Positions 21,413 to 31,342 of a stretch of DNA of 64,000 nucleotides are shown piece after piece. Position numbers and translations under genes: made by a program. The notes under the pieces were generated by a model that did not search any database, was not told the origin of the DNA, and saw only the letters and a list, made by a program, of their open reading frames with translations. The stretch covers positions 64,001 through 128,000 of the forward strand of contig CAVWFS010000010.1 in assembly GCA_963754315.1 (NCBI GenBank), given 5' to 3'. Each line of letters starts with the position of its first letter. Position 1 is the stretch's first letter. The stretch comes from an uncultured Candidatus Rokubacteria bacterium. GTDB taxonomy: Bacteria; Methylomirabilota; Methylomirabilia; Rokubacteriales; CSP1-6.

Positions 21413-22621
21413 TCACGCGATTCCTCGGCCGCGTGGTGTCGCCGGCTCGGACAGGCGCGATTGGGCCGAGCGGGCGGTGAGGTAGGCGCGGCCGCGCGCC
21501 CACCAGCCGAGGAGGCCGTCGGGCGAGAAGAGGACGATCAGCAGAAACACCCCGCCAATGAGCAGATTGAAGCGCTCACGATCGACGAGATCGACCGCGA
21601 AATTCTGCATCAGCACGAAGACCAGGGCGCCGAGGAAGGGCCCGATGGGATGCCGCAGGCCGCCCAGCACCGCGATGATGAGGATGTTGATCAGCCAGCT
21701 GACGCCGACGGAGCCGGGCGAGACCAGGCCGTTGTACCAGACCAGGAGCACGCCGCCGACCGCTGCGATCATGCCTGCGACCGCGTAGGCGGCGACGCGG
21801 TGCGCGGTGACGTCGAAACCGAGCGCGCTCATGCGGCGGGGGTTGTCGCGGATGCCCTGCAGGGCCACGCCGAACGGCGCGCGCAGAAGATAGGCGACGA
21901 AGATATACCCGGCCAGCGACCAGAACGCCGCGAGGTAGTAGAAGGTGATGGGAGCGCGCAGATCGGCACCCAGTATCGCCGGGGTGCGCACGCTCTGGAA
22001 ACCCTGAAACCCGTTGAAGAGTGAGTAGTTCTGCTGCGCGAGGTAGTAAAAGGCCACACCGATGGCCAAGGTGATCATGATCGTGTAGATGCCCTCGGTG
22101 CGCACCGAGAACCAGCCGATCAACGTGGCACACGCGGTGGCGATCGCCAGCGCGAGGATCACTGCCAGCCACCACGGCCACCCCAGGCTGATGTCGGTGC
22201 CGCTGGTGGCGAAGATCGCGAACATGTAGCTGGCGATCCCGGCCACCGTCATTTGCGCGAGCGAGACCATGCCACCGTAGCCGGCCAGGAAGGTCAGGGA
22301 CAGCGCGATGAGCCCGAGCACCAATGACTGGGCGCCGATCTGGAACGTGAAGAACGGCGTGGCCAGCCAGGGATAGATCAGTATCCCGAACAAGACCAAC
22401 ACGTGGGGCACTCGCACCCGCCCCGGGACCCACGACCATCGGCGCGCCGCGCCGCGTTGGGCTTGCCGTCGGGCCTCCTCGCGCGTCGGCCCCGTGTGCC
22501 CGTTCGCATCGACGCCTCCCGTTGAAGGCCATGCGGGGCCGGGAGCGCCGCGCGCGGTTTGCCGCCAAGCGCGGCGGCCGGCGCCCGCGTTCATGGCCCG
22601 ACGCCAGTCGGCGGCACTCAC
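21413..22621 (-). CDS. LivM-type ABC permease
   Basis: GYGGMVSLAQ, GIYTIMITLA, GIRDNPRRMSALG, SPDGLLG. Start uncertain. Confidence 0.88.
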   Translation of the reverse strand: MSAADWRRAMNAGAGRRAWRQTARGAPGPAWPSTGGVDANGHTGPTREEARRQAQRGAARRWSWVPGRVRVPHVLVLFGILIYPWLATPFFTFQIGAQSLVLGLIALSLTFLAGYGGMVSLAQMTVAGIASYMFAIFATSGTDISLGWPWWLAVILALAIATACATLIGWFSVRTEGIYTIMITLAIGVAFYYLAQQNYSLFNGFQGFQSVRTPAILGADLRAPITFYYLAAFWSLAGYIFVAYLLRAPFGVALQGIRDNPRRMSALGFDVTAHRVAAYAVAGMIAAVGGVLLVWYNGLVSPGSVGVSWLINILIIAVLGGLRHPIGPFLGALVFVLMQNFAVDLVDRERFNLLIGGVFLLIVLFSPDGLLGWWARGRAYLTARSAQSRLSEPATPRGRGIA

Positions 22622-23562
22622 GCGCGCCTGCCCAGAATCCCTTGCGGTCGGAAGGCGAGGACGAGAGCCATGATCACGAACGTGAAGACCACGCTATAGG
22701 TCGGCGCGTAGGCGAGGCCGAACTGTTCGGCCACCCCGATCATGATGGCGCCGACGGCCGCTCCCACGACGCTGCCCATGCCCCCCACGATCACGACCAC
22801 GAGCGAGGCGAGCTGGTAGCGAGTGTCCTCACCCGGAGCGATGGAGAGGGCGGTGCCGCCCACGACGCCGGCAAACCCGGCCAGCCCGGCGCCGATGGCG
22901 AAGGTGATGGCGAACACGAACTGCACGTTGACCCCCGAGGCGGCGAGCATGGCCCGGTCGTCCACCCCGGCCCGGATCATCATGCCGACCCGGGTGCGAT
23001 TGAGAAACCACCACAGGAGGATGCCGATGGCGGCCGACATCGCGAGCAGCATCAGCCGGTACGTGGGGTAGATCTCCACCAGAGGCAGGGAGGTGCGACC
23101 GTAGATCCAGCGTGGTGGATCGAACTGGTAGATCTCGCCGCCGAAGATCCACAGCAGGATGTCGGCGAGCATGATGGAGAGCGCGATGGTCACCATGGTC
23201 TGGCGCATGTCCTCGCCGTGCATGAACCGGAACACGGCCACCTGGAGCACCAGCCCGAAGAGGGCAGCGCTCGCGAACCCCGCCGCCGCCGCCAGCAGCC
23301 ATGAGCCGCTCCGGTCACCGACCACGTAACCGATGTAGGCCCCGAACAGATAGAGCGAGCCGTGGGCGAGATTGACGTTACGCATGAGGCCGAACACCAA
23401 GGTGAAGCCGCTCGCCACGAGGAAGTAAAGCGCGGCCAGGGTCAGCCCGTTGAGGGCGGTGGTGAAGAACAGCTTAGCGTTGTCGGCGAGCGCCCACGCG
23501 GCCAGGAGCGCCACCGAGACGCCGAGCACACCACCCCAGAACCACTGCCACCCGCGTGACAC
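22618..23562 (-). CDS. LivH-type ABC permease
   Basis: GFTLVFGLMRNVNLAHG, IVGGMGS, FRPQGILG. Confidence 0.9.
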   Translation of the reverse strand: MSRGWQWFWGGVLGVSVALLAAWALADNAKLFFTTALNGLTLAALYFLVASGFTLVFGLMRNVNLAHGSLYLFGAYIGYVVGDRSGSWLLAAAAGFASAALFGLVLQVAVFRFMHGEDMRQTMVTIALSIMLADILLWIFGGEIYQFDPPRWIYGRTSLPLVEIYPTYRLMLLAMSAAIGILLWWFLNRTRVGMMIRAGVDDRAMLAASGVNVQFVFAITFAIGAGLAGFAGVVGGTALSIAPGEDTRYQLASLVVVIVGGMGSVVGAAVGAIMIGVAEQFGLAYAPTYSVVFTFVIMALVLAFRPQGILGRRA

Positions 23563-23569
23563 GCGCGTC

Positions 23570-24859
23570 CTACGCCACCGACCGGCCGATGCGCGTCTGC
23601 GCCGAGCGGATCTGCGGTTCCTTGTAGAACACGCCGTCCTTCATGACCGCGAGCAGCCGAGCCTGGTCGCGCAGGATGGCCAGGTTCCCGAGCGGATCGC
23701 CGTCCACCAGCAGGAGGTCGGCCAGGTACCCTTCTTTCAGCTGCCCCAGTTCGCTTCCGAGCATCATGATCTCGCCGCCGTGGCGGGTAGCGGAGAGCAG
23801 CGCCTCCATCGGCGTCATGCCCAGGTATTTGACGAAATACTCGAGGTCACGCGCGTTGTCGCAGTGCGGGGTGAAGGCGAAGCCGTAGTCCCCGCCCGGC
23901 AACACGCGCACGCCGCGCTTGTGCATCTTTTTCAGTGACTCGACCGCTGCCGCCAGCTCGACCTCATAGCCCATCTCGATGGCTTTCTGACGGGTGATGC
24001 CCCAGGGCGCGGCGTGCTCGAGCATGGCCACCAGGATGCCGATGCCCGGTGCCACGAAGAGCCGATCGCGATGGGCCTCGAGCAGGTCGAGCGCCTCGTC
24101 GTCGGTGAAGCTCGCATGGTAGATGATCTGAATACCGTGGCGTACAGCCTGCTTGATCGACGCGCAGGAGCGCGCGTGCGCCGCCACGCGCTTGCCCCGC
24201 ATCGTCGTTTCCTTCACCGCCACCGCCACCTCCTCGTCACTCATCCAGGTGGTGCCGGCCGGCGCCGATGGCATGAAGTTGTCGCCCGACAGATTGAGCT
24301 TGATCGAGTCCACGCCGTATTTGAGGAACATGCGCACCGCGCGCCGCATCTCCTCGGGGCCGGTCACCGCCACCCCGAAACTGAACTCGGGAAAGGGCAA
24401 GTGGGGCAAGGTCTCGTCGCCGAGTCCGCCGACCACCGTGATCTCCTGGCTGGCGGCCAGATAGCGGGGGCCAGGAATGAGTCCCTCGTTGATGGCATTA
24501 CGAGTCACCACGTCGAGCCGGGGCTTGGCGCAGGCGGCCCCCACGCACGAGGTCCAGCCCGCCAGCAGATAGCGCTTGGCGACGCTGGCCGACCACAGCA
24601 CGTGCTCCTCGAGGGGGAGCCGCTGGAGGTCGGAGAGGCCGGCCGCGTCGTTCCAGGAAAAATGCGTGTGCGCTTCGACCATGCCAGGCATCAAGGTGGC
24701 TCCGGAGCCGTCGATGACAGGCAGGCCGGCGGCCGGAAGCACGCGGACGCCGCGGGCCACCCGCGCAATCCGATTGCCCTGCACGAGGAGCTCGCCGGCG
24801 TAGGGCTCGGCGCCGGTCCCGTCGATGATGCGCACATTTGTGAAGAGCACATTGCTCAT
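23570..24859 (-). CDS. Metal-dependent amidohydrolase (copy 2)
   Basis: LMPGMVEAHTH, SIKLNLSG, AAHARS, IYHAS, GGDYG, GYLADLLLVDGDP. Confidence 0.9.
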   Translation of the reverse strand: MSNVLFTNVRIIDGTGAEPYAGELLVQGNRIARVARGVRVLPAAGLPVIDGSGATLMPGMVEAHTHFSWNDAAGLSDLQRLPLEEHVLWSASVAKRYLLAGWTSCVGAACAKPRLDVVTRNAINEGLIPGPRYLAASQEITVVGGLGDETLPHLPFPEFSFGVAVTGPEEMRRAVRMFLKYGVDSIKLNLSGDNFMPSAPAGTTWMSDEEVAVAVKETTMRGKRVAAHARSCASIKQAVRHGIQIIYHASFTDDEALDLLEAHRDRLFVAPGIGILVAMLEHAAPWGITRQKAIEMGYEVELAAAVESLKKMHKRGVRVLPGGDYGFAFTPHCDNARDLEYFVKYLGMTPMEALLSATRHGGEIMMLGSELGQLKEGYLADLLLVDGDPLGNLAILRDQARLLAVMKDGVFYKEPQIRSAQTRIGRSVA

Positions 24860-24871
24860 AGGTGTCGTTCC

Positions 24872-25657
24872 TTACATGCGCTGCGTGTAGAAACGTCGCA
24901 GCAGCGCGTCGCATTCGTCGGGCTTTTCGAGCATGGTCCAGTGTCCGCAGCGCGACAGCACCTCGACCCGGGCCCCGGGGATGCGTTCGCCGATCTGGCG
25001 CACTGACTGTGCCGGGGCGATCGCGTCCTCGTCACCGGTGACGAGCAGGGTCGGACACGCGATGGTCGCCACGTCGGTGGCGCGGGCATCAGCCAGCGCG
25101 TCGCAGGTGCGCGCGTAGCCCTCCGGACACTGGCGCATCAGCAGCTCGCGGACGGCGGCCACCGCCACCGGGCGCCGCGTCCTCGTCTCGGTGGAGATCG
25201 ACGCCTGGAGCAGGGCGTCGGCGAGGACCTGCATTCCGGCCTCGCCGTCACGGCGGGCTTGCTCCCCTCGCCCGCGCAGTCCGGCGCGGGCCGCATCGGG
25301 TGGGCAGAGCAGCGGCCCGAACAGGACGAGACTCCGGACCAGTCGGGGCGCCGTCGTCGCCAGGTGGAAGGCCACGATGGTGCCCAGTGAGTGCGCGACC
25401 ACGTGCACACGCTCCAGCTGCAGGGCCGCGCACACGTGGAGCATGGCCTGCACCAAGCGCTCGATCGACAGCGGTCCCTCCACGCGATGCGAACGCCCCG
25501 AGCCGGGCAAGTCGGGTCGCACGGTCCGGTGACGAATCAGCGCTGGCCGCATCGGGGTCCAGACGTTGGAGGTGCCACCCAGGCCATGGATCATCAGCAC
25601 GGGCTCGCCGTCGCCGTCGGTCTCGACTGCCATGCGCTCGACGAACTGGGTGGCCAT
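24872..25657 (-). CDS. Alpha/beta-fold hydrolase
   Basis: IHGLGG, DLPGSG, nucleophile elbow AHSLG, GDEDAI, CGHW. Confidence 0.88.
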   Translation of the reverse strand: MATQFVERMAVETDGDGEPVLMIHGLGGTSNVWTPMRPALIRHRTVRPDLPGSGRSHRVEGPLSIERLVQAMLHVCAALQLERVHVVAHSLGTIVAFHLATTAPRLVRSLVLFGPLLCPPDAARAGLRGRGEQARRDGEAGMQVLADALLQASISTETRTRRPVAVAAVRELLMRQCPEGYARTCDALADARATDVATIACPTLLVTGDEDAIAPAQSVRQIGERIPGARVEVLSRCGHWTMLEKPDECDALLRRFYTQRM

Positions 25658-25675
25658 CTGTCGTTCTGGGTGTGC

Positions 25676-26959
25676 TCAAGCAGCCGGAAGGCGGAGGCGA
25701 CGCGCCGACGCGGAGCGGGGGTCCTTGTGAAATTCCCCGTTTTTCATGACGGCCAGGAGCCGCTTCTCGTCTTGGAGGAGTGCGATATGCGCCAGCGGAT
25801 CGCCGTCCACGAGCAGGAGATCGGCCAGATACCCCTCCTTGACCTGACCGAGCTCGCCGCCTCTCAGCATGATCTGGCCGCCCAGCCGTGTCGCCGAGAG
25901 CAGCGCCTCCATGGGGGTGAATCCCAGGTATTTCACGAAGTACTCGAGGTCCTTGGCGTTGGTACCGTGCTTGATCCAGGCGAAGCCGTAGTCGCCGCCC
26001 GGCAGCACGCGTATGCCCCGCGCGTGCATCGTCTTGAGCGTCTGGCAGGCCACCTCCAGCTCGCGGTGATAGCCCATCGCCTTCGCCGCCTCGGGGGAAA
26101 TGCCCCACTCGGCGGCGTGGTATGAGGTGTTGATGAGCCAGGCCAGGCCGGGGGCGACGAAGTGGCGGTCCTTGTGCGCTTCCAGCAGATCCAGAGCCTC
26201 CTGGTCTGCGAAGCTCGCGTGGTAGATGATCTCGATGCCGTGGCGCACGCACTGCTTCACCGCCTCCGCCGACCGCGCGTGGGCCGACACGCGCTTGCCC
26301 CGCACGGTCGCTTCCTTCACGGCCACCGCGATCTCCTCGTCCGTCATCGGCGTGAACTCCGCCGGGATGCCGGCGATGTACTCCCCGGACAGGTTGAGCT
26401 TCACGGTGTCCACGCCGTACTTCAGGAACAGGCGGACGGTCTTGCGCATCTCTTCAGGGCCGTTGACGATGGCGCCGAAGCTGAACTCGGGGTAGGGCAG
26501 ATGCGGCAAGGTCTCGTCGCCGAGACCGCCCGGCACTGTGATCTCCTGACTGGCCGCGAGATAGCGGGGGCCGGGGATCTGGCCCGATTCGATGGCGTTG
26601 CGAATGACCACGTCCAGGCGTGGCTTGGCGGTCGCCGCGCCCACACACGACGTCCACCCCATGTCGAGATACCGCTTGGCGATATGCGCGCACCACAGAA
26701 TGTGCTCCTCGGTGGGCATGCGCTGAATGGCGTTCAAGGTCGGTTGATCGTTCCAGGAGAAGTGGGTGTGGGCTTCGACCAGACCCGGCATGAGGGTGGC
26801 GCCGCCGCCGTCGATGGTCACCACGCCGCTCGTCGGCAGCGCGCGCGTACCCCGCACCACCCGTGCAATGCGGCTGCCCTGGATCAGGACTTCGCCGGGG
26901 TAGAGCTGGGCGCCGCTGCCGTCGAAGATCCGGACGTTCGTGAAGAGGACGTTGGCCAT
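25676..26959 (-). CDS. Metal-dependent amidohydrolase (copy 1)
   Basis: LMPGLVEAHTH, TVKLNLSG, SAHARS, IYHAS, GGDYG. RBS AAGGAGG before ATG 26959. Confidence 0.9.
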   Translation of the reverse strand: MANVLFTNVRIFDGSGAQLYPGEVLIQGSRIARVVRGTRALPTSGVVTIDGGGATLMPGLVEAHTHFSWNDQPTLNAIQRMPTEEHILWCAHIAKRYLDMGWTSCVGAATAKPRLDVVIRNAIESGQIPGPRYLAASQEITVPGGLGDETLPHLPYPEFSFGAIVNGPEEMRKTVRLFLKYGVDTVKLNLSGEYIAGIPAEFTPMTDEEIAVAVKEATVRGKRVSAHARSAEAVKQCVRHGIEIIYHASFADQEALDLLEAHKDRHFVAPGLAWLINTSYHAAEWGISPEAAKAMGYHRELEVACQTLKTMHARGIRVLPGGDYGFAWIKHGTNAKDLEYFVKYLGFTPMEALLSATRLGGQIMLRGGELGQVKEGYLADLLLVDGDPLAHIALLQDEKRLLAVMKNGEFHKDPRSASARRLRLPAA

Positions 26960-27015
26960 ACCTCCTCCTTGAGGGCTCCCCGCCGGGCAGGGCACCGTTC
27001 CGGCAGCACCCCGAA

Positions 27016-27031
27016 TGAGACACGTGTCTCA
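27016..27031. promoter_or_regulatory. Perfect 16-bp palindrome, candidate TetR operator
   Basis: TGAGACACGTGTCTCA lies between the divergent amidohydrolase and TetR genes. Confidence 0.65.
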
Positions 27032-27079
27032 CGCGATTGTGCGAGACTAGGGGCCGTGTCGTCCTTTGTCAAGACGCTT

Positions 27080-27952
27080 GTGACCCGGCCACCGGCGGCC
27101 GGGCTGAGCCCGTTGCCCCCACCCCCGCGGGGAGCACGCCCCCGGACGTACCGTCGCCTGCTCGCGCAAGCGATGGTGCTCGTTCAGCGTGGCCGTATTC
27201 CATCGGTGCCAGAGGTGGCCGCAAAGGCGCACGTGTCCCGCGCGACCGCCTATCGGTATTTCCCGAGCCGCAGCGCGCTTGTGAGTGCCGTGGTCGCTGA
27301 GGCCCTGGCGCCCGTGCGACGCTTCGAACCGACACCGGCCGACGGCCTGGGCCGGGTGCGCGAGCTCTTCGACCGGACCTTTCCGTTGTTCCGTCAGTTC
27401 GAACCCCACATGCGCGCCGCGCTCCAGCTGGCCCTCGAGCACGAATCGCTCGAGCGTCTCGGCCGGCTGGAGGAGGAACCGTTCCGCCGTGGTCATCGTC
27501 GCTACATGCTGCACCGGGCGGCGGCGCCCCTGCGGGCCACCTTGGGACCACGAGCCTACGATCGCCTGTTGAAAGCCCTGTCCCTGGTGTACGGTATCGA
27601 GCCATACGTGGTGCTGCGCGACATCTGGGGAGCAAGTTATCGCGACGTCGAGACCGTCGCGCGCTGGATACTCGACGCGCTGATCGAGTCGGCACTGCGG
27701 CAGAGCGGCGGCGCGCGGGATCAGCGAGGGCGTCGGCGAGTCGAAGCAAAGCAGCATGTCCCACACGGCCGGAGCGGTCATTGTCAGAAGCGGGTAGTTG
27801 AAGTTAGAGCGGGCGCCTTGTCATCGGTCGCTAGGAGGGCATCATGGGACTTCTCGACGATTTGCTCGGCGGCATGCTCGGTGGGTCAATGGGCCAGGGG
27901 AGAGCCGCGCCGGTTCCGCCGCGCGGGTCGCCCCCTTCTGGGGGCGGGATGA
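27080..27952 (+). CDS. TetR/AcrR-family regulator
   Basis: HTH SVPEVAAKAHVSRATAYRYFPSRSAL. The TetR-like sequence ends near 27715; the read-through into the next gene suggests a lost stop or an indel. Confidence 0.82.
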   Translation: MTRPPAAGLSPLPPPPRGARPRTYRRLLAQAMVLVQRGRIPSVPEVAAKAHVSRATAYRYFPSRSALVSAVVAEALAPVRRFEPTPADGLGRVRELFDRTFPLFRQFEPHMRAALQLALEHESLERLGRLEEEPFRRGHRRYMLHRAAAPLRATLGPRAYDRLLKALSLVYGIEPYVVLRDIWGASYRDVETVARWILDALIESALRQSGGARDQRGRRRVEAKQHVPHGRSGHCQKRVVEVRAGALSSVARRASWDFSTICSAACSVGQWARGEPRRFRRAGRPLLGAG

Positions 27953-28446
27953 ACAACGTTCTGATGGCGCTGCTGCCGGTTTTGCTCTCGATGCTTGCCA
28001 GCCGCGGCGGCGGCTCCGGCCAGGCGGGCGGTGGCGGCCTCGGGGATATCCTGGGCCAGGTGCTCGGCGGCGGCGCGCCGCGCGGAGGGGGCGGAGGTCG
28101 CGGAGACGAGATGCTCGGCCGGCGCGGAGCAGGTGCGGGCAGCATGGGCGGCCTCGGTGCCTTGCTTGAGCAGATGCAGCAGGCCGGACTCGGCGATCAG
28201 GCTCGCTCATGGGTTGGAACAGGCCAGAACATGCCCATCTCGCCCGACGCACTGGATCAGATCTTCAGCCAGGGTGGGATCGATGAGATCGCGCGAAGAG
28301 CCGGCCTTACGCCGCGGCAGACCTCGGAGGGCCTCTCGCAGCTGCTTCCCGAGGTGGTTGATCGCGTCACCCCGGGCGGAGACGTGCCGGACATGGATCA
28401 GCTCGTCTCGAGCGTTGAAGACTTGCGCCGGCGCCTGGGTGCTTGA
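27844..28446 (+). CDS. YidB/DUF937-family protein
   Basis: MGLLDDLLGG, GGLGALLEQMQQAGLGDQARSWVGTGQNMPISP, LSQLLPEVVDRVTPGG. RBS AGGAGG. Confidence 0.85.
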   Translation: MGLLDDLLGGMLGGSMGQGRAAPVPPRGSPPSGGGMNNVLMALLPVLLSMLASRGGGSGQAGGGGLGDILGQVLGGGAPRGGGGGRGDEMLGRRGAGAGSMGGLGALLEQMQQAGLGDQARSWVGTGQNMPISPDALDQIFSQGGIDEIARRAGLTPRQTSEGLSQLLPEVVDRVTPGGDVPDMDQLVSSVEDLRRRLGA

Positions 28447-28469
28447 CCCCGACCGCGATCCGGTCGGGG
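28447..28469. terminator. Hairpin between convergent genes, probable terminator
   Basis: CCCCGACCG-cgatc-CGGTCGGGG immediately after the YidB stop. No clear U-tract. Confidence 0.55.
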
Positions 28470-28483
28470 CTTAACCCCTTCGG

Positions 28484-28959
28484 TCAGCTACGTTGAGCGA
28501 CCGGTCGAGCCGAGACCAGCTCCATGGCGTGCGTGTGGTCGGTGGCGCCGCCCGAGGGCCGAAAGCCCATCGTTTCGTAGAGCCGGGCTGCGGCGGGATT
28601 GAAGGTCCGCAGTCGGAGGCTGTCGAAGCGCCCCCGGGCGGCGGCAATCACTTCCATGACCAGGCGGCGGCCCACGCCCAACCGTCGGAACGCGGTGAGA
28701 ACGTACAAGCGCCGTACCCGGCCGACCTGCTGCGCCGTTGCGTAGGGATCGACGTTGAGCCCGCATACCCCGACCAGCTGCTCGCCGATCCAGGCGCCGA
28801 ACAGCGCTTCGCCGGGTCGGTCGAATCGATTCGTGCCGACTCGCCCACTCGTCGACGAGGCGGCGGACGAACCGAGTCCCGTCACGCTCGTCGTCCGCTA
28901 GGAGCGTCGCGAGGCCTTCGGGCAAGCGGATCGGCGAGACGATCGATGCGAGGGGTCAT
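28484..28959 (-). CDS. GNAT acetyltransferase, two frameshifts (~28925, ~28838)
   Basis: FVRRLVDEWAS / NRFDRPGEALF...VGVCGLNVDPY...GRVRRLYV...RRLGVGRRL...AARLYETMGF, spread over three frames. Confidence 0.8.
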
Positions 28960-30551
28960 GGCGCGCTGGCCTCGCGCGAGAAGACCACCTCGCCGTCCAC
29001 CATCGTCAACTCGGGGACGATGTCCTTGATGCGCGCCTCCTCGCACGTGAAGACGTCCTCAGAGAGAACGACCAAGTCGGCGCGCTTGCCTGGCTCAAGC
29101 GAGCCAAGCTCGTGCTCGCGCCGAACCGCGTAGGCGTTCCACGTCGTGAACGCGCGTACGGCCTCCGCGCGCGTCATACACTGCCCGGGCTGCCAGTGCG
29201 GGTCGTCTCCCCCAAGCGGGCGGCGGGTCACGGCCGCGTAGATCCCGTGGAACGGATTGGCGTCTTCCACGGGGAAATCCGACCCCGCGGCGATGGGGGA
29301 ACCGGTGGCGAGCAGGGAACGCCACGCATAGGCGCCAGCCAGCCGCTCGGGTCCCAGGCGCGCCTCGGCCCAGCGCATGTCCGACGTGCAATGGGTGGGT
29401 TGCATGCTGGGGATGACGCCGAGGCGGGCGAAGCGCGGAATGTCGGCTTGGGCGAGGATCTGCGCGTGCTCGACGCGCAGCCGGTGTCGCGCCCGCGCGG
29501 CGGGTGACGCTGCCCCCAGGGCGGTCTCGAACGCGTCGAGGACCAAGGTGTTCGCGCGATCACCGATGGCGTGGACGCACATTTGAAAGCCGTGATTCAG
29601 GGCCTCGCACGTCAGGCGTGAAACCTCATCCGGAGGTATCAGGATGAGCCCGCTGTTCGCCGCGTCGTCGCAGTAGGGGGTGTGGAGCGCGGCTCCCCGG
29701 GAGCCGAGCGCGCCATCCAGCCAGAGCTTGAGCGCGCCGATTACCACGCGCCCGTCGCCGATCGTCTCCCGTCCGTGCTCGCGGTAGTGAGCCCACGCCT
29801 TCTTCCCACTCACGGCGACGTCGTTGCGGAGGGCAAACTGTCCGCGCTCGACGAGGCGTCGATAGGCCGCGATCGTATCGAGGTCCACGCCCATCTCATG
29901 GATGCCGGTCAGCCCCTTGGCGAGGACGTGCGCGATCGCCTCGCGGACGGCCTGCTCGAAGCGATCCGGCGATGGGGTGGGTTGCCGAGCGCGTACGAGA
30001 TCCTGGGCCGTGTCGATGAGCAGGCCCGTGGGCTCGCCGTCCTCACGCTCTCACGATGCGGCCCCCGGCGGGATCGGCGAGCGAGCGGCTAATACCGGCA
30101 TAACCAGCGCGGCCGAGTTCGCCCAGGTGGCGTGCCCGTCCACCCGCGTCAGGGCGACTGGATGCGTTGGCGCCACGCGATCGAGCGACGCTTTCGTGGG
30201 AAAGCGTTGACCCTCCCAGAGGGTCTGATCCCAGCCGCGGCCGGTCAACCACTCACCCGGGGCGGCTCGGCGGGACGCCGCCCCCACCAGGGCCGCCGCG
30301 GCTTCCTCCGACCTGACGCCGGCGAGATCGATGGCGAGGCGGGCACGGGCAAGCAGCATGAGGTGTGCGTGAGCGTCGACGAGGCCGGGCAGGACGGCGC
30401 GTCCTCCAAGATCACGGACCTGTTCGCCGGCGGGCACGTTGATGTCCTGCCGCGATCCAGCGAAGACGATGCGACCGTCGCGCACCACCAGCGAATCGAC
30501 CACGGAGCCGGCCGCGTCGAGCGTATAGAATCGCCCTCCGGTCAGGAGCAC
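28956..30551 (-). CDS. YtcJ-like amidohydrolase (Amidohydro_3), frameshifts at ~30100 and ~30048
   Basis: DLGGRAVLPGLVDAHAH, RVDGHA, KLWLDGALGSRGA, VHAIGDRAN, RVEHAQ, GSDFPVE. Confidence 0.88.
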
Positions 30552-30673
30552 AACCGTCACCCTAGGACGGGCCGTATGACTGGTCAAGTGCCGAACCACC
30601 CGACCTGACGTAGACTTTGGCGATGCCTGACTATGGGCTCTGCGATGGGCTGCACGTCCCGGCCGAGAATCCC

Positions 30674-31342
30674 ATGGGGGACAAGAGCGGGCGGCAAGGG
30701 ATCGCCGCCGTGGTCTTCGACTTGGGCGGCGTGGTCATGGACTCGCCCCTGCATGCGATCGCACGCTACGAGCGCGACCACCGCCTCACGCCGAACGCCA
30801 TCAACCGGGCCATCGTGGCGGCCGGCGACGGCGGCGCCTGGTCGCGTCTGGAACGCGGGGAGCTCGGCCTCCCGGACTTCTTCCCGGCCTTCGAGGCGGA
30901 CTGCCGCGCCCATGGCGTGGAGCTGAGCGGCGCTTGTGTTATGGCGTACATCGCGCAGGCAGGGGTACCGCGGCCGGGCATGATCGAGGCCATCCGGCGC
31001 ATTCGCGCACACGACTTGCGCGTGGCCGCGCTCACCAACAACTGGGTGACGGACGAGGTGCGGCCAGGGCGGGCGGAGCTCCGCGAGCTCTTTCACGTCT
31101 ACATCGAGTCGAGCGTGGTGGGACTACGCAAGCCCGACCCGCGAATCTACGAACTCACGTGCCGCCAGCTGGGGGTGGCGCCGGCCCAGACGGTCTTCCT
31201 TGATGACATCGGGGGCAACCTCAAGGCCGCCCGTGCCCTCGGCATGACCACCATCAAGGTCGAGGATCCCCGCGTTGCATTGCGCGAGCTGAGCGCTGTG
31301 CTCGGCTTCGACGTGACCGGGTTGACGTTCGGTCGGTGCTGA
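30674..31342 (+). CDS. HAD-superfamily phosphatase (epoxide hydrolase N-terminal/ACAD10-HAD-like)
   Basis: VVFDLGGVV, ALTNNW, GLRKPDPRIY, VFLDDIGGNL. Confidence 0.88.
   Translation: MGDKSGRQGIAAVVFDLGGVVMDSPLHAIARYERDHRLTPNAINRAIVAAGDGGAWSRLERGELGLPDFFPAFEADCRAHGVELSGACVMAYIAQAGVPRPGMIEAIRRIRAHDLRVAALTNNWVTDEVRPGRAELRELFHVYIESSVVGLRKPDPRIYELTCRQLGVAPAQTVFLDDIGGNLKAARALGMTTIKVEDPRVALRELSAVLGFDVTGLTFGRC

Noticed and set aside
26162..27079. N-terminal extension making a 596-aa TetR
   Set aside because: It is the antisense of the amidohydrolase gene; TetR similarity starts after ~27080.
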